Positions 59,340-64,000 of a DNA stretch of 64,000 nucleotides are shown in pieces (positions within the stretch are counted from its first letter, which is position 1; every line of letters starts with the position of its first letter). The DNA is taken from NCBI RefSeq assembly GCF_006345805.1, contig NW_021835989.1, positions 62,001 to 126,000 on the forward strand. Reading direction: 5' to 3'. The stretch comes from Octopus sinensis (lineage: Eukaryota). The translations under genes and the position numbers were made by a program. Below the pieces are notes generated by a model, which searched no databases, was not told the DNA's origin, and saw nothing but the letters and a program-made list of their open reading frames with translations.

Positions 59340-60130
59340 TTGAAAACGTTTATGCAGATAGTGTTTCTTGGTGGATAATACAATGTTGAGAAATCACATC
59401 ATGGTTAATTCTCTTTGTAATTAGTGTGATAAATCTCTTTCTCAATTCCAACATGCTTGCAGCATTGTCAGTTGAAATTGATACGATTTTATTAAGAGGA
59501 ATGAAATTCGTTTCAAAATATACGAGTGTGTCAACAAGTTGGGTTTGACTCCTTAGAAGCAATAATGCCAAAAGTTTGTACATAAGGAAGCCCTGATACA
59601 CATAACGAACAAACATGGATGTCTAAATAGAACATGAAAAAATACTTTTGGAATGTCATTTATATCACATGATTCGTCTATTGAAATTGAATTAGCCAAT
59701 TTCATGTCAGTAACTGTTGAATAGATATATTTGAAAACATTTTGATAGTCCTGCCGGCTACTATTTTTACAGATAAAGGTGTATTCATTATCTTATTCAT
59801 GATTTCCTTCTTATTTGAAAAAGCGTGAAATTGTTTTTCACAGGTTTTAATAAAACATGCCTTGATATATTGCCCATCAGTAAATAATTTTCACCTTTTT
59901 GCAATCTCGTAACTTATTAAAAATTGGTAATATTTGCACTCCTGGACAATTACCAATAATTAAAAACTGAATTCTCAATATGATTAACAAGTTCTTCCAC
60001 AGTTTTCTTCCGTGAGCCACCAATTAGATATTTTTGCAAAATTCGTGTGTCTGAACTGTTGCCAATATTTCAAAACTGAATTTTCAATCTGAGTATTTTT
60101 AGCAGGTTCTACAGTTTTCTTTTGTAAGTT
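59340..60130 (-). pseudogene. Decayed hAT transposase
   Basis: VSISTDNAASM..HCIIHQETL. Confidence 0.75.
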
Positions 60131-61484
60131 ATCAACTGGATATTTTTTGCAAAATTCGCGTATTTTATGTTAAAATGCCTCTGTAAATTTGATTTTTTGT
60201 TTGATTTAAAGTTTTCCGAAAATAAGGAATTTTGGTGATTGTTTTAAGTTAGATGTGAATACAAAAGATCCAGTTTATTTTGATTAATAAATATGCATAA
60301 ACATAATAAAATTGAAAGAGGCTACTTAAAACTTTAAGAACTACCAAAGGCTCGCAAGCCAGCTTTTGTCGACTAATAATGTGTCCATTTTGGCGAAGCA
60401 TCCCGAGGAAGAAAATAATTTTCTCCATTGCCTAAATTTTTCTATATTTTGACAAATGATCACTACAAAACATGAGCCACTCATTAGTGACCATTTGATC
60501 AAACAATGTGTGAAATTTAGCGTAACTCCTACAAAAATTTCTAGACGTCTTTTGCCCTTATTACTTTTCATCACGCATTGATACACTAAATAAATCACCA
60601 ATTGATGCCGATTTAAGCAAAAAATGGATTATAAAAAAATACAGCAGAACCTCTCAGTACGAATTCAAATCATCCCCTACTGAGCTCATATTCTGATTCA
60701 CTCGTATTTTTTTATTGAAATTGATATGAAAATAAATAATCTGTTTCATTTCCGACGTGCCTGTTGTAGGTTTTACCTTTAAAAAAATGCAATTAGAAAA
60801 ATCCAAATAAGTCAAATTTTTACTCGTCATAAAAGACTCGTCATAAGAGGATGATTTGATAGTTTTTAATATTTAAAAAATATTTTTTGACGTATGATTG
60901 AGGTTTACAACCTTTAACGTCGAAAGCGCAAGCATTTTCAATACATTTTTAGTTCTGTATACGATAATCGGCCAAACAACAAAAGGGGGGAGCACAAGAT
61001 GGAGCAGACACATTACTTCGTTTGCATTAGTTAGTTCCTTGGTAACATGTTCTCTTTCTGTCTTGATCTTTCTATAAAAAAGTGTGGCCGGCCTGAGCGA
61101 CATGTCAACATGTCGTTTACATCTTTCAGCAGGACTATTTACGCAAGCATTAGTGTTAATGCACCAAGCATATAAGCAAAAATTAACGTTTTTATGAAAA
61201 TTCTGTGATAAAGTAAGAGTTGTGGACACAAAAGAAATACTATATCTTTTTCGACCAAAAAACTGATTGTTGAACATCAATTAATGGAAATCTAACAAAG
61301 AAATATAGGATTTTCATAGCTTCAACGTCGATAGCGCAAGGATTAGAGTTAATGCATCAAGCATTATTGTTGACGTTTCAATAATTATCTTTGACGATTA
61401 AAGATCTAAATATGAGCGTTTAAAATGCATATACACAAGCATTAACGTTTTCCGTGGAATTCCGTGTTAGAGTAAGAGCCATAT

Positions 61485-61820
61485 ATGGGGGAAAAAAGAA
61501 ATACAATATCCGTTTCAACAAAAAAACTGATTGTTGAACATTCAATTAACGGAAAATTTAATAAAAAAATAAGTGACTATCTAAACATGCCTCAATCCAC
61601 AATAAGTCAAATACTTTGTCAATGGAGAAAATCGGGAGATATTGAAGGCAAACCGCGTGGTGGAGATTATTCTTCCAAATTGAATGATTGACATAAGCAA
61701 TACATTTTTAGTTTGGTCAAAGATAATCCAGTATTGACACTATCAAAGTTAAAAGACATGTTGTTTTCCGAATATAAGATAAATATCAGTCCGCGTACAA
61801 TTAACAGATGTCTTAAATGT
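61485..61820 (+). pseudogene. Tc1/IS630-like transposase N-terminal relic
   Basis: HTH segment LNMPQSTISQIL..KPRGG; in-frame stop; the 5' region is partly duplicated at 60900-61290. Confidence 0.7.
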
Positions 61821-62353
61821 CGAACAAAAAGTAACAGTTAATAAACAGCTACTTTGATGCTTTCAAAATGCTTTGTGACTTGAAAACTTGCGTAGGACAG
61901 ACTAAGTCATGTAAAACAAATGTTTACATAAAACCCTTCTCCACATAGACTTTCTAAGTTACAACAACCAAAATCTTCACTAGCAAACAGCTTTATTAGC
62001 ACTCAAGTGCTTGGCTTCCATTCTATTGCCACTTCACTCCTACTTGCCAAAGTCAATAAAAAAAGCAAATTTTGTTCATTTTTCTTTATTGAAAAAACGA
62101 TCTGTTACACAAAGAATCAGCAAATAAGTACAGTCTCTATAGCTTAACATAAATAATTTCTCCGGAAATTCTCTGTTTCAAGCTTTTGAAAATAAATTGA
62201 AATTGTGCGAATTAGTTACAAAAAGAAAATGCAGATTTTGTGGATTTTCTTTCTAAAAATCCTATCGATCTGTATGAATATATGCAAAGATAATTATGAA
62301 ATTGAAATTAGAAATTTCATCACGTTTCACGGATTTATGAATAAAATGTAATA

Positions 62354-62400
62354 TGTCACGAGCGCAGTGCAAGACTGAGCGCTAGGCGCGACCAATCAAT
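62354..62400 (+). mobile_element. Diverged left end of the same TGT-TIR family as 6889
   Basis: TGTCACGAGCGCAGTGCAAGACTGAGCGCTAGGCGCGAC versus TGTCGCGAGCGCAGCGAGCGACCGAGCGCTAGACGCGAC; no matching right end seen in the window. Confidence 0.7.
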
Positions 62401-62984
62401 GTCTAAGAAGAATAGCTGATTCGCATCTTAACAATACATTAATTTTGCCAACTAGTGAGATTAACGTAGACCTTTATTAAAAAACTAAATTCACTTTTTT
62501 AAAAATAATATTTTTTCTCGTTCGGCCCGCATCACATAAAAAACACAAAATTTATCTTGTGAAGCCAAAAAACCTGCCGACTTTTGTGATAGATCATCTG
62601 ATACATATTGAGCCATCATTAGAGTATTGCAATGTTCATGTCTACTGTTCACAACCTTCTCCTCTTAAAACTATCAAAAAATGCCAAAATTGATAATTGT
62701 GTCCTTTATGATAAAAATAAGATAAATTAGTTCCTTATTAGAAATTTCAAGTAATTTATACATATCTCATAAAAGAAAAATTCTTGATTATTTGGCTTTA
62801 TTGAGTTTGACAGATTTTATGAAATTAACATTTACTCAAAAAAACTCACAAAAAAATTGATCGTCATTCCATCATCAAAAAACTGAACAAAATAACAATT
62901 AGTCAACATTATTTCACTCTGGAAACATGTTTGTTGAGGACACATTAGATATTGATTAATAAAAAGATAAATAAAAATTTTATA

Positions 62985-63470
62985 AAAAAACTTTCACTCA
63001 GGTTTAAGCATTTGAAGGAAATCAAGTTTGGTAAGTGCCTTAGAACTGTTCTTCCTTTTATTTGAAGATTTTTGACGTCCTTGCTTATCCTCTGATTCTG
63101 CAGATAGTTCGGCCTTTCTTTTCTTAGCCTGGGACACAAATTTGAGAACGGCTCTTATTTGATAATATAACAGAAATACTTCTGACTTGTTCTTAGTAAT
63201 ATATCTTCCAATTCTTGGTCGTATGAGTCAAGAGATTGATGGAAAAACATTTCTGGCATTATGTTCTGTTAATTTATATTTTTAATATTACAATTGAACG
63301 GGAAGGTTTTATATCCTCGGAAATTGTTTCTGTATTGAAATCTTGCTTGCTTAGGATTACTGGGTCTGCCACTTTCTTCCGTAGGATTCTCCGGATGGAA
63401 GTTGACATGGCGTTTAAAGAATCTTGAATTGGGTTGTCGTTAGTATTGAAAGAAGTTTGGGTTCATTTAT
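62985..63470 (-). CDS. Hypothetical protein C-terminal exons (basic, KKRK)
   Basis: Open segments joined by putative micro-introns (DQELEDILLRTSQ|KAVLKFVSQAKKRK...LKPE*); no family recognised. Confidence 0.3.
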
Positions 63471-64000
63471 ATTAAAACTTGTTCAATTAGATTAACTAAC
63501 AACAAAAAAACGTGTTTTAAAAATTAATTTTGAAATATCATAAAAATGGTTAAAAATATAGAAATTATAGAAATTTAATTTTTAAGTTGATTAATTCTCC
63601 TAAAGTGGATAATTAAATTAAAAAGATACAAGGTCTTAATATATTTAAAAAATAACAAGTAAAATAGAGAAGTTAACTAAATTAGATGAGTCGCCGAGCG
63701 GATGGACAGGCAATTTCCACGTAATATCGCGAACGATATCCGCTGAAAAACCCAGCTCGTTTCACGACTATCGGGACTCTTTTTCGAGATGATTAAACCA
63801 ATCTCTTAAATATTTTTTGTCATAAACGCGGAAAAATTTCATCCTGCTAATTATTTTATGGGTGGTTTTTTTTGACAAATTTGAGAATTTTAGGAGATGG
63901 CCGACCACGTTGAGCTGTGACAAATACCTCGAATGTTCTGATATTTTGACAAGAATCATCAATCTTTTTTATTATGGATCTTTTGAAAATTAAAATTTAA

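Noticed and set aside
1-64000. Genome-wide TGA reassignment
   Set aside because: Internal TGAs occur only in TE relics and pseudogenes that also have other lesions; intact genes need none, and GPN3 and WDR37 end in TGA.
1-64000. Fanzor/TnpB, Cas or viral (Polinton) genes
   Set aside because: No RuvC/zinc-finger, capsid, packaging ATPase or protein-primed polymerase motifs were recognised in any frame I read.

Overview
This window is AT-rich eukaryotic DNA, almost certainly from an animal, with extremely short spliceosomal introns (mostly about 20-30 nt, GT-AG). That points to a genome-reduced parasite such as a dicyemid or a myxozoan; the taxon is an inference. Because introns break the genes up, the ORF track shows only fragments, and I assembled the gene models by hand. 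Apparently intact host genes: a classical dynamin, MIOS, USP7, GPN3, two PDXK copies and Ku70. Truncated or decayed intron-containing gene pieces: DPF/d4 double PHD, an SDR, WDR37, Raptor lacking most of its WD40 end, three TDRD12 fragments, and duplicated USP7 and GPN3 3' ends. The rest is densely nested mobile DNA: two copies of one Helitron family, four hAT elements with paired termini, an intact IR/DR Tc1, a TGT..ACA element with a 5-bp TSD plus Ginger-like integrase relics, CRE-clade and other LINE fragments, a tRNA-derived SINE and a ~478-bp satellite. The highlights are (1) a Helitron inserted inside the Ku70 start codon that regenerates the ATG, (2) a twin-primed (5'-inverted) insertion of a CRE-clade retrotransposon with a 12-bp TSD, (3) a GA-AG intron in otherwise intact GPN3, (4) host-sized micro-introns inside transposase genes, and (5) complementary broken copies of the piRNA factor TDRD12. 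All family assignments come from recognising motifs by eye; no database search was run.
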